DNA from: an uncultured Bacillota bacterium
GTDB lineage: Bacteria > Sysuimicrobiota > Sysuimicrobiia > Sysuimicrobiales > Segetimicrobiaceae
Length of the DNA: 64,000 nucleotides
Reading direction: 5' to 3'
NCBI GenBank assembly: GCA_963804645.1
Contig: CAWDRG010000022.1
Location: forward strand, 96,001-160,000
Below are positions 1-10,051 of the stretch, piece after piece; within the stretch, counting starts at the first letter, position 1, and every line of letters starts with the position of its first letter. A model generated the notes under the pieces. That model saw only the letters and a program-made list of their open reading frames with translations. It searched no databases and had not been told where the DNA came from. A program made the position numbers and the translations under genes.

Positions 1-201
1 GCCGCCCAACACCTGGTACGACACGCCCTCTTTGAGGCCGTCCACCTCAGGGGTGCGTTCCACCGCCTGGTCGAGGTACGGCTGGAGCTCGCGGTCGACC
101 TCGACCAAGTACCGGTCGATGTCGCCGTCCAGGCCGGCGGCCGGATGCGGCCGCACCGGCCCGCCCGTCTCGGCGGGATCCGTCGGCGGGACGGGCCCCA
201 C
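1..201 (-). CDS. Probable polyprenyl (isoprenyl diphosphate) synthase, N-terminal part; runs off the window
   Basis: Not in the ORF track. GTG at 201 with AGGAG upstream. Translates ...DIDRYLVEVDRELQPYLDQAVERTPEVDGLKEGVSYQVLGG, resembling the helix and Y...GG(KRxR) start of IspA/GGPPS-type enzymes. Confidence 0.55.
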   Translation of the reverse strand, partial: MGPVPPTDPAETGGPVRPHPAAGLDGDIDRYLVEVDRELQPYLDQAVERTPEVDGLKEGVSYQVLGG

Positions 202-202
202 C

Positions 203-548
203 CTATGGCTCCTGGTCGGTGCCGTCTGCCGCGGCCGACGCTGCGCCCTCGTCCCACCCGTGCTCGGTCGTCCGATACAACTCCACCGCCATCTGCACGC
301 CGAAGTAGGTCCCGGCGGCGATCCGCCCGGCGATCCTGGGCATCGGGCGCCGCGAGCCGGCGCAGGGTGGTCATCGCGCGGCGCAGCTCGGAGACGGCCG
401 TGCTCCGGGGCGACGCGTCCGCGACCCGTTCCATCACGAGGAGGGAGAGGTCCTCGATGCAGTCGACGATCCGGGCCGCCAGGTGCTCCACCTCGTCTCC
501 CACGGTCACGGCGGTCCGTCGCGCGCGATCCTCGGGGCGCTCGGTCAC
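203..548 (-). pseudogene. Small hypothetical protein with an apparent 1-nt frameshift near 345-347
   Basis: GTG at 548 with AGGAGG RBS (MTERPEDRARR...LRRLAAP). GC3-rich coding continues in another frame (MPRIAGRIAAGTYFGVQMAVELYR...QEP*) to TAG at 205-203, just before the next gene. Confidence 0.45.
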
Positions 549-567
549 TGCGGGTCCCCTCCTTCGG

Positions 568-2124
568 CTACCACCAAAACGATGTCACACCCCCGGCCGG
601 CGGAACGGTCACGTTCACGCCCAAGATCCGCAGCACCTGCGCCTGAATCGTGGGGTGCCACAGCGCTTCGGCGTGGTTGATCGGATTGGTCTGGTGCATC
701 GCGAACGGCAGCCGGTCCCGGAGGTCGGCCGTCAGCAGGTCCCCGCGCCCTTCCGTGAGCTCGTCGATGGTCGGCGGCAGCGTGATCGCCACGGGCGAGA
801 TCCCGGGCACCTCCGCCACCATCCTCCGGTGCAGGAACGGCGGCCAGTGCAGCTGCGGCAGGGCGCTGTCGAGCGTGTACACCCAGCTCAAGATCCGCGT
901 GAGGCGCACGCTCACCCCGCCGAAGGTAAAATACTCGATCCCCGGAAGCGGCTGCTCCCCCGCGGCCAGCGCGGTGAGGAACGGGCTTCCGACCGCCATC
1001 TCCTGATACGCGTCGCTCTGGGCGATCGGCAGGAGCCAGCCCAACGCGTCGGTGGCGAGGGTCCCGATCTGCCCCTCGAGCCACGTGACCGCGGAGGTCA
1101 CGTCGTCGGCGGCGTTCGCGAGGTCGCTGCCGGTGTGGGGCGAGTGCAGCGTGATCACCGCCTGGATCCGCCTCGCGAACCCCGCGTGGTCCCGCAGGAA
1201 CTTGCGCACGAGCAGCCCGCCGCGGCTGTGCGCCAGCAGCACGAACCGCGTCTCCTCACCAAAGTACCCCATCAGGGCCCGCAGCACCGACACGAGCTCA
1301 TCCGCCGGCCCGAGCGGCGGCGGAGACCCGGCCGGAGCGAGAAAGCCGTCCCCACCGTCGAACTGCGAGTAGGCTGCGGTGGCGAACCCGTTCGCGCTCA
1401 GGACCTCACGCCAGCTTGTCACCGGCTTCTTCGCGTCAAGGGAACAGCACGACCACACGCCGACCCCGGGATAGGTGGCCCACCCGACGGTCACGGGCGG
1501 GGGAAACGGCCCGGAGTAATCATAGTTCACGTCCGCGACGGGCGCGTTCGCGGGATCGGTCATGTCGCGGACGTCGCCGCCGGTCCCGTGGATCAACACG
1601 ATCACGGGCATCTCGTCGCTGCCGTCGCTGACCTCGACCCCCGGCTGGCCGGTGTCGGGATTCGGGATCTGCCCGGCAAACGTGTACGGGATCGTCTGGA
1701 AGTTCACCGACATCACGGCCTCCCGCGGGTCGACGTCGTCCTTTCGAGCCACGAACAGGTCCGTGACCACCCGTACCGAATCCCAGTCGGCGAGGGTCAC
1801 GGTCTGGCTGAGGACGAGCAGCTGCGCCTCGCCGGGCAGGTTGGCGCCGTCGTCGACGATGCGCTCCGCCCGGCCGTCGACCGTGCGCCGGTGCTTGAGG
1901 AAGGTGATCGTGCGGTGCGGGTGGGCGCTCGAGTAGGCGCGCAGCTCCGCGCGCAGCGGAGCCGGCAGGCACCCGTCGTCGACCGGCTCGTCGCGCGGGG
2001 TGCGGACCGTCACACGATCCGGGACCAGCTCGCTCGCGGGCCAGCGCGCGTGGGAGTGCGTGTGCGTCTCGCGGAATCGGCGCACGATCTCACGAGGGTC
2101 GAGCGCCAGCTCTTGTGCGTGCAT
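568..2124 (-). CDS. Alpha/beta hydrolase (lipase/PGAP1-like)
   Basis: VLIHGTGG oxyanion motif, AHSRGG nucleophile elbow, ITLHSPHTGS, C-terminal NHAEAL. Confidence 0.8.
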   Translation of the reverse strand: MHAQELALDPREIVRRFRETHTHSHARWPASELVPDRVTVRTPRDEPVDDGCLPAPLRAELRAYSSAHPHRTITFLKHRRTVDGRAERIVDDGANLPGEAQLLVLSQTVTLADWDSVRVVTDLFVARKDDVDPREAVMSVNFQTIPYTFAGQIPNPDTGQPGVEVSDGSDEMPVIVLIHGTGGDVRDMTDPANAPVADVNYDYSGPFPPPVTVGWATYPGVGVWSCCSLDAKKPVTSWREVLSANGFATAAYSQFDGGDGFLAPAGSPPPLGPADELVSVLRALMGYFGEETRFVLLAHSRGGLLVRKFLRDHAGFARRIQAVITLHSPHTGSDLANAADDVTSAVTWLEGQIGTLATDALGWLLPIAQSDAYQEMAVGSPFLTALAAGEQPLPGIEYFTFGGVSVRLTRILSWVYTLDSALPQLHWPPFLHRRMVAEVPGISPVAITLPPTIDELTEGRGDLLTADLRDRLPFAMHQTNPINHAEALWHPTIQAQVLRILGVNVTVPPAGGVTSFWW

Positions 2125-2267
2125 CGGCTCTCACTCCCGGACTCGGGGCTCGGACGCGCCCGCGCCGCCGCGCGGCGCACGGTGTGGCTCAAGTGTACCA
2201 GCGGCGTTGCGGGATTGTCGAGGGCCGCCGCGCGGCGGACGTCGGGACACGAGAGGAGGCCTCCCCG

Positions 2268-2858
2268 GTGACCGAACCGCGCGTGCGTGATCTGCCGTCC
2301 GGCCGGGCGATGAGCGAGCTGCTGCGCGCGGTCGTCGGCCGCTGGCACGAGCTCGATCCGCCGCTCGATTGGGACGCGGTGGAGCGGGCGCACCCCGCCG
2401 ACGGCCGGCTGCTCGCCGGCCTCATCGCGCGCGTGGGCCTGATCAACTGCTTCCAATGGCATCTGGAGGACGAATGCCGCGCGCACTACGAGCACCCGCC
2501 CGTCCTCGCTCGACTGAAGCACGCGATCGACGCGTCGAACCGTCGGCGGGTGTCGGCCATCGATGAGATCGACCGCCGGATCGCGGATGGGCTCGAGCCG
2601 CGCGGTCCCGCGTCCGCCCGGCTCGCGGTCGTCACCCCCGGCGCCCTGATCGACCAGCTGTCGATCCTGGAGCTCAAACGGTACCACGCCGACGTGCGCC
2701 GACGCGTGGATTCCGCGGCGGACGCCGGGGTGGTGTCCCTGCTCGGTGAACAGATCGACGATTTCTGCGAGGCGATCGACGACCTCTCCCGGGAGCTGGC
2801 CGCCGGGGGGCGGCGGCTGAAATTCTACCGGACCGTGAAACTGTATGGGTCGACGTAG
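2268..2858 (+). CDS. DUF4254-like protein
   Basis: NCFQWHLEDECR, IDASNRRR, TPGALIDQLSILELKRYH and LKFYRTVKLY motifs; GTG start after a GAGGAGG RBS. Confidence 0.75.
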   Translation: MTEPRVRDLPSGRAMSELLRAVVGRWHELDPPLDWDAVERAHPADGRLLAGLIARVGLINCFQWHLEDECRAHYEHPPVLARLKHAIDASNRRRVSAIDEIDRRIADGLEPRGPASARLAVVTPGALIDQLSILELKRYHADVRRRVDSAADAGVVSLLGEQIDDFCEAIDDLSRELAAGGRRLKFYRTVKLYGST

Positions 2859-3699
2859 CTCGGGGACCGCCGCGCCGCGCGCCGCGCCCGTCGTGTGGCG
2901 GACTGCCGTCTACCCGCGCGGCCCCGGGGCTCCCCGCCTCGGCCCGGACGAGCTGCATCTGTGGTCCGCGCGGCTCTGCCCGCCCGCGTCGGTTGAGCTG
3001 CGCCTGCGGCAGAGCCTGGACGACGACGAGCGGGCGCGCGCCGCACGCTTCATGATGGCGCGCGACCGGACGCGCTTCGTCGTGGCCCACGGGCTGCTGC
3101 GGCACGTGCTGGGACGGTATCTTCGGGTCGCTCCCGAGCTTATCCAATACCGCTATACGAACCGGGGCAAACCGTCGCTGGTGCTCCGGCGCGGCGCGCC
3201 GCGGCTCCAGTTCAATCTCTCACACTCCGAGGACCTCGCGCTACTCGCGGTCGTGCTGCGGCGCCGCATCGGCGTCGATGTCGAACACGTCCAGCCCGGA
3301 CGTGATACGGCGGGGATCAGCGCGCGCTTCTTTTCGCCCAGCGAAGCCGCCACGATGCGGGCGCTGGGGCCGGACGCCCAGGTGGAGGCGTTCTACAATG
3401 GCTGGACGCGCAAGGAAGCGTACATCAAGGCGCGGGGCGAGGGGTTGTCGCTGCCGCTCGACTCCTTCGACGTGTCCCTGACTCCCGGCGAGCCGGCCGC
3501 GCTCCTGCGTGCCGCGGGCGGATCCAGGGAAGTGCGGCGCTGGGAGCTCGTGGGGCTGACCCCGGCGCCGGGCTACGCCGCCGCCGTCGCCGTCGAAGCC
3601 GGCATCCGGCGCATCGTCGGCTGGACGCTTGCGCTCGCCCCGCACGAAACGTCCCGGAGCGGACGCGGAGACTCCGACGACGATCCCGCAGGAGCTTGA
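2845..3699 (+). CDS. Sfp-type 4'-phosphopantetheinyl transferase
   Basis: GKP, FNLSHS, IGVDVE and WTRKEAYIKARGEGL motifs. Confidence 0.92.
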   Translation: MGRRSSGTAAPRAAPVVWRTAVYPRGPGAPRLGPDELHLWSARLCPPASVELRLRQSLDDDERARAARFMMARDRTRFVVAHGLLRHVLGRYLRVAPELIQYRYTNRGKPSLVLRRGAPRLQFNLSHSEDLALLAVVLRRRIGVDVEHVQPGRDTAGISARFFSPSEAATMRALGPDAQVEAFYNGWTRKEAYIKARGEGLSLPLDSFDVSLTPGEPAALLRAAGGSREVRRWELVGLTPAPGYAAAVAVEAGIRRIVGWTLALAPHETSRSGRGDSDDDPAGA

Positions 3700-3748
3700 C
3701 CGGGCCGGATCACGGTGAGGCCGTCCCGGGGCGTCCCCGGACGCGGGT

Positions 3749-5596
3749 CTAAGCGACGGACGACGTGGTCAGGTACTCCGTGAGTGGTCGCTTGGAGACG
3801 ATGTAAGGGCCGATCGCGAGGACGTCGATCTCGGTCGCGGTGAAGCACGCGACGGCGTCCTCCGGCGTCTCCACGATGGGCTTGCCCGCCAAATTGAACG
3901 ACGTGTTCAAGATGAGCGGTACGCCGGTCATCTCGTGGAACGCCGTGACCACGCGCCAGTACCCGGGATTTTCGTCCCGGGCGAGCGTCTGCACCCGGGC
4001 CGACCCATCGACGTGTGCGATAGCCGGCACCAGCGGCAGCTTCTCCGGGTGAATGGGGGCGATCCGCAGCATATACGCGCTGCGCTCCGTCATCTCGAAC
4101 CACGCTGCGGCGTACTCCTCCAGTACGGTCGGCGCGAACGGCCGGAACGGCTCCCGGTGCTTGACCCGGAGGTTGAGGTAGTCCTTCATCCCCGGGCGCC
4201 GCGGGTCGCACAGAATGCTCCGGTTGCCGAGCGCCCGAGGGCCGAACTCCGCGTGATCGCTGAACCGGGCCACGATGTGTCCATTCGCAATGCACCGCGC
4301 GATCGGGACAGCCGGGTCGTCGGGACGCTGCACGTCGAACCCCCGGCCCGACACTGCCGCTTCGATCGCGTCGTCGGGGTACGGGGGGCCCAGAAACTCC
4401 GGCACCTCGCGGGCCGGCGGCGCCCACTTGGCCAGCTCGTAGGCGCCGAACAGCGCGCACCCCAGGCCGTGGCCGGGATCGCCGGGGTTGGGCGCGATGT
4501 AGACGCGGTCGGGGCGCACCTCGCGATACGCGATCCCGTTGGCCACGCTGTTCAGCGCCACCCCGCCGGCGTAGACCAGGTCGCGGCGTCCGGTGAGCGC
4601 CAGCGTGGCCCGCCACGCGTTCGTGACGATCGCGTCGACGAGCGCCTGCCCCGCGTACGCCACGTCCTCGTGCCGCTGGGTCATTTCCGCGCCGGGATCG
4701 CGCGCCGGCACGTACGCATCCAGCGCCACCTGAAACGCGTCGTTGCGCAGAAACTCGAACCCGCCGTCCTCCAGCAGCCGCAGGTGCGGCCGCAGCGTCG
4801 TCCACAGCTCCGGCTCGCCGAACGCGGCCAGCCCCATCGTCTTGCCCTCGTCCCCCTGGCGAAAGCCGACGTGGTGCGTGGTGGTGTCGAACAGCAGGCC
4901 CGAACTCATCTCCGGAAATAGAAACTCGCGCAGCACGCGGCTGCGCCCGTCCTGGTCCATCACGGAGATCGTGCCGCACAGCTGGCGGCCCCGCAGCCTC
5001 GGCAGCTTCTCGCCGCATGTGTCCAGCGTCAGCACCGCGGCCTCCTCAAACCCGGACGACCAAAACGCCTGGCGCTGATGGATCTCATGGTGTTCGAGGT
5101 TGCGCACCACCCGCGCGTTGGGAAACCACCGGCGGAGCACCGGCCCGAGGCGCATCCAGCCCGTGGCGAAATGGCTGTCGCTCGTCACCACCAGGTCGAT
5201 GTCGTTCGGCCCCACGCCCAAGCCGCGAAGCAGCCACTCCGTCCAGGGGACGATCTTCTCTTCGAAGATGCAGCTGTCGGGCAGCCGGCCGAACCCAAGG
5301 CGGAAGATGAAGTTGATGGACTCGTCGATGTCGGTCTTGGGGTGGCGGATCGCGTCGTCCTCGTCCGCCGAGAACATCATCATGTGCTTCACGTTCGTCC
5401 ACCGCTCGAGTTGGGACGCGCGGATGTTCCCGGCGGTGTCGATGTAGCCGAGGCTGGCGCCGTGCCCGGTGCAAGCGATCCCGAGGACGCGGGCCGCCTT
5501 CACCCGCGGGAACCGGCGGAACACCCGGTTGCGCCACGGTGAACTGGTGTACACCAGGAACTCCTTGAGGGTCCCGAGCGTCTGGAGGCTACCCAT
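3749..5596 (-). CDS. Carbamoyltransferase, NodU/CmcH family
   Basis: HHEIH, GKTMGLAAFG, AGGVALNSVAN, EFGPRALGNRSIL, HREPFRPFAP, HVDGSARVQT and LNTSFN motifs. Confidence 0.93.
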   Translation of the reverse strand: MGSLQTLGTLKEFLVYTSSPWRNRVFRRFPRVKAARVLGIACTGHGASLGYIDTAGNIRASQLERWTNVKHMMMFSADEDDAIRHPKTDIDESINFIFRLGFGRLPDSCIFEEKIVPWTEWLLRGLGVGPNDIDLVVTSDSHFATGWMRLGPVLRRWFPNARVVRNLEHHEIHQRQAFWSSGFEEAAVLTLDTCGEKLPRLRGRQLCGTISVMDQDGRSRVLREFLFPEMSSGLLFDTTTHHVGFRQGDEGKTMGLAAFGEPELWTTLRPHLRLLEDGGFEFLRNDAFQVALDAYVPARDPGAEMTQRHEDVAYAGQALVDAIVTNAWRATLALTGRRDLVYAGGVALNSVANGIAYREVRPDRVYIAPNPGDPGHGLGCALFGAYELAKWAPPAREVPEFLGPPYPDDAIEAAVSGRGFDVQRPDDPAVPIARCIANGHIVARFSDHAEFGPRALGNRSILCDPRRPGMKDYLNLRVKHREPFRPFAPTVLEEYAAAWFEMTERSAYMLRIAPIHPEKLPLVPAIAHVDGSARVQTLARDENPGYWRVVTAFHEMTGVPLILNTSFNLAGKPIVETPEDAVACFTATEIDVLAIGPYIVSKRPLTEYLTTSSVA

Positions 5597-7058
5597 TGGC
5601 CGTGCGGCTCGCGCGCTCGATCAAGTCGACGATGCTGGGCAGCACCTCTTCCCCCAGATCGAGCTCGAGCATCATCCGCTCGCGCCCCGAGACGTACAAG
5701 ATGCGCCGCCCCGGGGCCGCCCGCCGACTCTCGGCAATCAGCGCCCGCGCCGACGTGAACAGGCGGCCCCACAGCCGCACGAACCGCGTCTCGTCCCCGA
5801 CCGAGTACCGGCAGGCGACCAGCCAGATCCGGTGGTCCGGAAAATCCCGCAGCGAGGTCGCCCGCACCTCACGCACGACCGGCGCGCTCCGCGGGGCGAG
5901 CTCCCGCAGGGCCGCCTGAATCCGCTTCGGGGTGAAGCCGACCGCGGCGGAGTCCTCCGTCGCGTCCCCGCGGGGTATCCGCGGCAGCCGCTCCAAGAAC
6001 TCCGCGGCTTGCGCCGCGGCGCCGAGGCCGCCCTCGTGGACGCTCCGGAGCGCGGCGGGGTCGGTCGTGAGAAATCGGCGGGCCGCGGCGACCGCGGCCG
6101 CATCCGCGTCCGGGCTCGTCGTCGCGTGCGCAAACCGCTGCATCACCTCCGGCAGCGCGGTGAGGGAGAAGAACCCCGGGTAGTACAGGGTGACGACCGG
6201 CGTCCCCACGCTGAGGCTCTCCGCGACCTGCATGTAGCCGCATTTCGTGACGGCGCATCGGGCGAGCTGCAGCAGGCCGAACAGCACTCGATCGGACGTC
6301 GGGGCGATCGCGCGAATCCGGCGCCCCGTCCCGCCGACCAGCGCGTCGGCGCGGCGCTGGGCCGCCTCGGGGTCTGGGCTGACGACCACCGTCGCGACGT
6401 CCGGGTCGTCGAGTTGCTGCGCGAGCGACAGGCCCAACCGCTCGACGTTAGGGTCGTAGCCCAGCACCAGCAGGAGCCGCTCGGCGGTCACGCCGATCTC
6501 CCCGAGCAGCGCGCGCGCCTCCGGGATGGACGCGTCGATATAGGGCGGGACGTGAACCACGTAGCGGTACTTCGTCACGCCGTGGACCGCGCTCGGACCG
6601 CTCAGCACGATCCCGTCCACCATCGCCCCGTGCTTCTCACAGAACGTCTCGAGGTAGGCCGGATGATAGGCGTTGTCCAGGACCACGACCGGGATCTTCG
6701 TCTCCACGGCGCACAGGGTCATCTCCAGCATCGGGCCCGCCATCGGCGCTTCGCCGATCACCACGACGTCCGGCTGCAGCGCCCGCAGCTGCTCGAGAAA
6801 ACTGACCCGGTTCGCCTCCGCCCCCTCGTAGGCGGCCTGGCGGAACGTCAGCTCGATGAACCGCATCTCGCTCTTGGCCCGAGCCGTCTGCTCGTCGTGA
6901 AAGTTTTGGTGCCCGGTGCAGTAGAAGACGATCTCGTGCCCGCGCGCGCTCAACTCCAGCGCCACCCGGAGGCCGCGCTTGTAGACGCCGATCTGCAGCT
7001 GACCTTTGGACAGCTCTATGCAGTAGGTGCAGAACAGAAACCGCACGGTCGCCCCCAT
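5589..7058 (-). CDS. GT-B fold glycosyltransferase-like protein
   Basis: PDVVVIGE and AVTKCGYMQVAESLSVGTPVV (GT1/GT28-like donor-binding motif); overlaps the carbamoyltransferase start. Start codon uncertain. Confidence 0.55.
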   Translation of the reverse strand: MGATVRFLFCTYCIELSKGQLQIGVYKRGLRVALELSARGHEIVFYCTGHQNFHDEQTARAKSEMRFIELTFRQAAYEGAEANRVSFLEQLRALQPDVVVIGEAPMAGPMLEMTLCAVETKIPVVVLDNAYHPAYLETFCEKHGAMVDGIVLSGPSAVHGVTKYRYVVHVPPYIDASIPEARALLGEIGVTAERLLLVLGYDPNVERLGLSLAQQLDDPDVATVVVSPDPEAAQRRADALVGGTGRRIRAIAPTSDRVLFGLLQLARCAVTKCGYMQVAESLSVGTPVVTLYYPGFFSLTALPEVMQRFAHATTSPDADAAAVAAARRFLTTDPAALRSVHEGGLGAAAQAAEFLERLPRIPRGDATEDSAAVGFTPKRIQAALRELAPRSAPVVREVRATSLRDFPDHRIWLVACRYSVGDETRFVRLWGRLFTSARALIAESRRAAPGRRILYVSGRERMMLELDLGEEVLPSIVDLIERASRTANG

Positions 7059-7202
7059 CGGGTGCCGCTCGGGCGCGTCGGACGCGCGCACGGCATCCCG
7101 CGACGTCTCACTGCGAGGGGTGCATCGCGTCGTCACCGCCCGCCGCCGTCCAGCGGGGGCGGGTCGCACGCGACACGAGGATGCGTCGGCGGAACGGCCC
7201 CG

Positions 7203-7475
7203 CTAGCCGGGCTTCTCCTCCGATTCACGCGACAGCGTTTCGAGCGCGTCCGCCACCGTCCGGGACAGTGAGGCCAGCGCAAGCGCCAGTTCTCGGACGG
7301 CGGTCTTGACGTGCGCACGGGGTTCGGCCGGCAGCATGTTCACCGGCATCATCGCGAGACTAAACCCCGCGGCGAGGACGTCGCGCGCGAGGCATCCGGT
7401 GCCGTCGCCCAGCCTCGGCCGCGCGGCACCCGCATGTGGTGGTGACGTCTCGAGTCTCCCTTTCGCGGTCGTCAC
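7203..7475 (-). CDS. Small helical hypothetical protein
   Basis: GTG with GGAGG RBS; amphipathic helices; co-oriented with neighbours. Confidence 0.45.
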   Translation of the reverse strand: MTTAKGRLETSPPHAGAARPRLGDGTGCLARDVLAAGFSLAMMPVNMLPAEPRAHVKTAVRELALALASLSRTVADALETLSRESEEKPG

Positions 7476-7567
7476 CGAGTCGCCTCCCGGTTGGATCACG
7501 AGTCACCGCGCGTCGCGGCACAAGGCTAGCATAACATAAACGGTCCGGAGGAGCGCGGGCACCCGGA

Positions 7568-8410
7568 TCACGGCCCCTCCGGACAGGCCCACGGAAGGTG
7601 TCTGAGCTCGCGCTCCCACACCTTCCGCTGCTCCCGATAGAACGGCCCCTCCATCGAGCGGCACGCCTCACCGACGGCCAGCTCCTCGTACGCCGCCGGC
7701 AGCATCGCGCGAAGCACCAGAAACGCGTTCGGAGGCTCGGCGTACAACAGCGAGTACCCGAGCCGTTCCCCGAGCCGCTGCACGGCGAGCAGGCTTTGCC
7801 CGTCGTTGCCGAGTCCCGTCGCTTCACACAGGGGGTCATACGGCATCGTGACGCTGACCTCGAGCGGAATCGCGCAGCTGAATTCGACCACGACGACCCG
7901 CGGGGTGTAGGCGGCCCCGATGGCCTTCCAGATCCAGTGGTCCTGCCCGTCGATGTCGATCGAGAGGAGATCAAACGACCGCGGCACCCGGTACTTCGCG
8001 AACAACTCGGTGGCGTTCTCGGCCGTCACGAACTCGCGGTAGAGCGGCAGCGATGGATTCTCGTGATCGCAGTCGAGCATCACCCCCGCCCACCCCTGCT
8101 CGCGCAGCCACCGCGTATTGCACTCGTCGCCCGACTCGGTGCCGATCTCCACGTAGAATCGATTGGTGGTCCCGAAAAGGCCAAACAGACATTCGAGGAC
8201 GCCGTCCTCGCCGTTCTGCGAATAGTGCTTCGCCGCATGCCGGTTCAGCGTTTCCACGAAGTCCAGATCGTACCCGTTGAAACAGCGACCGTCTGCCTGG
8301 GCCTGCTGATCGTCCGCGCGGGGGGACCGAGGCCCGCCGAGGCGGTGTCCCGCCCAGGCCGAGACCGTGAGCGCGGTCCGGGCAAAGATTCGTTCCAGTG
8401 AGATCGGCAT
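7568..8410 (-). CDS. FkbM-like (Methyltransf_21-type) SAM-dependent methyltransferase
   Basis: YSQNGEDG, FYVEIG, DLLSIDIDGQD and PRVVVVE motifs. Confidence 0.75.
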   Translation of the reverse strand: MPISLERIFARTALTVSAWAGHRLGGPRSPRADDQQAQADGRCFNGYDLDFVETLNRHAAKHYSQNGEDGVLECLFGLFGTTNRFYVEIGTESGDECNTRWLREQGWAGVMLDCDHENPSLPLYREFVTAENATELFAKYRVPRSFDLLSIDIDGQDHWIWKAIGAAYTPRVVVVEFSCAIPLEVSVTMPYDPLCEATGLGNDGQSLLAVQRLGERLGYSLLYAEPPNAFLVLRAMLPAAYEELAVGEACRSMEGPFYREQRKVWERELRHLPWACPEGP

Positions 8411-8632
8411 CGGTCTCGTGTCTCCTTCCCGGCCGTAGCCCCCCTATTATATAGATAGTCTCTGCGTCGTCACACGACCTCCGATGTCGTGCCTGCAGCC
8501 GACCGCCCGGTCACCGAGGCGCACCCTGCGGCAGGCCCCGCCTTCGGCGTCGACGAAGACGTGGTGCGCCGATCGAGGACGCTGCGTGCGCCACTGCTGT
8601 ACATCGACGGAGCGGGACACCGAGGGAACCGG

Positions 8633-9988
8633 GTGATCCACGGATATCCTGAAAAGCCGAGCGTGCGGCCGGGAGACACGCTGATCCTGCATGTCTCGAC
8701 CACCGCGCGGTGGTTTCGCGCGGACTTCTACCGACAAGGCGCGCGGCTGACCCTGATCGGCAGTTCAGGCTGGTGGCGGGGCAGCGCGGCACCGGACGGC
8801 CCTCCCCATGAGGATTGGCGCTGGCCGGCGTATCGCTTCCGCATCCCGAGAGACTGGCGGTCCGGCGCCTACGTCGCCATGCTCACCGAAGGCGACCGCC
8901 GCAAGACGCCCGTCGAGTCGCCGGACACCGGCTCGGCCGACGCCCGCTCCATGAAAGCGCTGTTTGTCGTCGTCTCGAAAACCCCAGGCGTTACCGCGCC
9001 GATCCTCTACAAACTCCCGTTCACCACGTATCATGCGTACAACTACGCCGGGGGCGGCAGCCTCTATCAAAACCACCGCGTCTCGCTCATTCCGTTTGGC
9101 AGCAAGGTCACCGTGCGCCGGCCGGGCGGCGGCACCGGCGGTCCGCTGCCGCCGAGCCACCACGACTTCCTCGACGTCTACGACTCCAGCTCCCCCCGCC
9201 AATCGTTCGCGCACTGGGACGCCCCGTTCATCGGGTGGCTCGAGTCGAACGGATACGCGGTGGACTACTGCACCGACCTCGAGCTTCATGAGCACGCCGA
9301 CCACGTGCGCCCCTACCGCCTCCTGTTGAGCGCGGGACACGATGAGTACTGGAGCGAGGGCATGCGCGCCCACGCCAAAGCGTTCATCCGCTCCGGCGGC
9401 AACGCGGCCTTCTTCGGAGGCAACACGTGTTGGTGGCGCATCCACTTCGTCGACGGCAACACCGCATTTGTCTGCGACAAATTCAGGAACACCGACCTCT
9501 GGTGGGCGCCCAGCGGCGCCAACACCCCCGAAGACACGTTGACCGGCGTCAGCTACCGGCACGGCGGGGGCTGGTGGAACGGACCGCGCGATGCCGTCGG
9601 CTATACGGTCCATCAGCCGGCCCATTGGGTCTTCGAGGGCACCGGGCTCGAGCACGGCAGCACGTTCGGCGCCCCGGAGCACCTCATCGGGTACGAGTGC
9701 GACGGGGCCGCGCTGACCTTCGACGATCGCGGGGCGCCCGCGCTCGCCGGCGGCGGAAGCACGCCCAACACGTTCGCGGTCCTGGGCACGGGCACGCTCA
9801 GCACGTCGTGGCAGGACCGTCCGCCTCGAGAATGTTCGGGGCCACACGCCGCGACCATGGGCGTGCACGAAGACCGCGGCACGGTCTTCGCCGCGTCGAC
9901 GACGGACTGGACCCGCGTGCTGGCCCTCAGCCAGGAGGCGCACGTTGACCGCATTACCAAAAACGTGCTGGACCGCCTGTCTCGATGA
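8633..9988 (+). CDS. N,N-dimethylformamidase large-subunit-like protein (DUF6605 type)
   Basis: WRSGAY, TYHAYNYAGGGSLY, WLESNGY, GHDEYWS, FFGGNTCWW and GYECDG motifs. Confidence 0.85.
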   Translation: MIHGYPEKPSVRPGDTLILHVSTTARWFRADFYRQGARLTLIGSSGWWRGSAAPDGPPHEDWRWPAYRFRIPRDWRSGAYVAMLTEGDRRKTPVESPDTGSADARSMKALFVVVSKTPGVTAPILYKLPFTTYHAYNYAGGGSLYQNHRVSLIPFGSKVTVRRPGGGTGGPLPPSHHDFLDVYDSSSPRQSFAHWDAPFIGWLESNGYAVDYCTDLELHEHADHVRPYRLLLSAGHDEYWSEGMRAHAKAFIRSGGNAAFFGGNTCWWRIHFVDGNTAFVCDKFRNTDLWWAPSGANTPEDTLTGVSYRHGGGWWNGPRDAVGYTVHQPAHWVFEGTGLEHGSTFGAPEHLIGYECDGAALTFDDRGAPALAGGGSTPNTFAVLGTGTLSTSWQDRPPRECSGPHAATMGVHEDRGTVFAASTTDWTRVLALSQEAHVDRITKNVLDRLSR

Positions 9989-10051
9989 GCACGGTCCGCG
10001 ACGGCGCACACGTATGATCGACGCAGCGGACGGCTGCCGGAGGGGGACGGT

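Noticed and set aside
145..2271. Long opposite-strand ORFs (also 5469-7271, 8765-11044, 16385-17962, 61998-63860)
   Set aside because: Shadow ORFs antisense to well-supported genes in GC-rich DNA; Arg/Pro/Gly-rich with no motifs.
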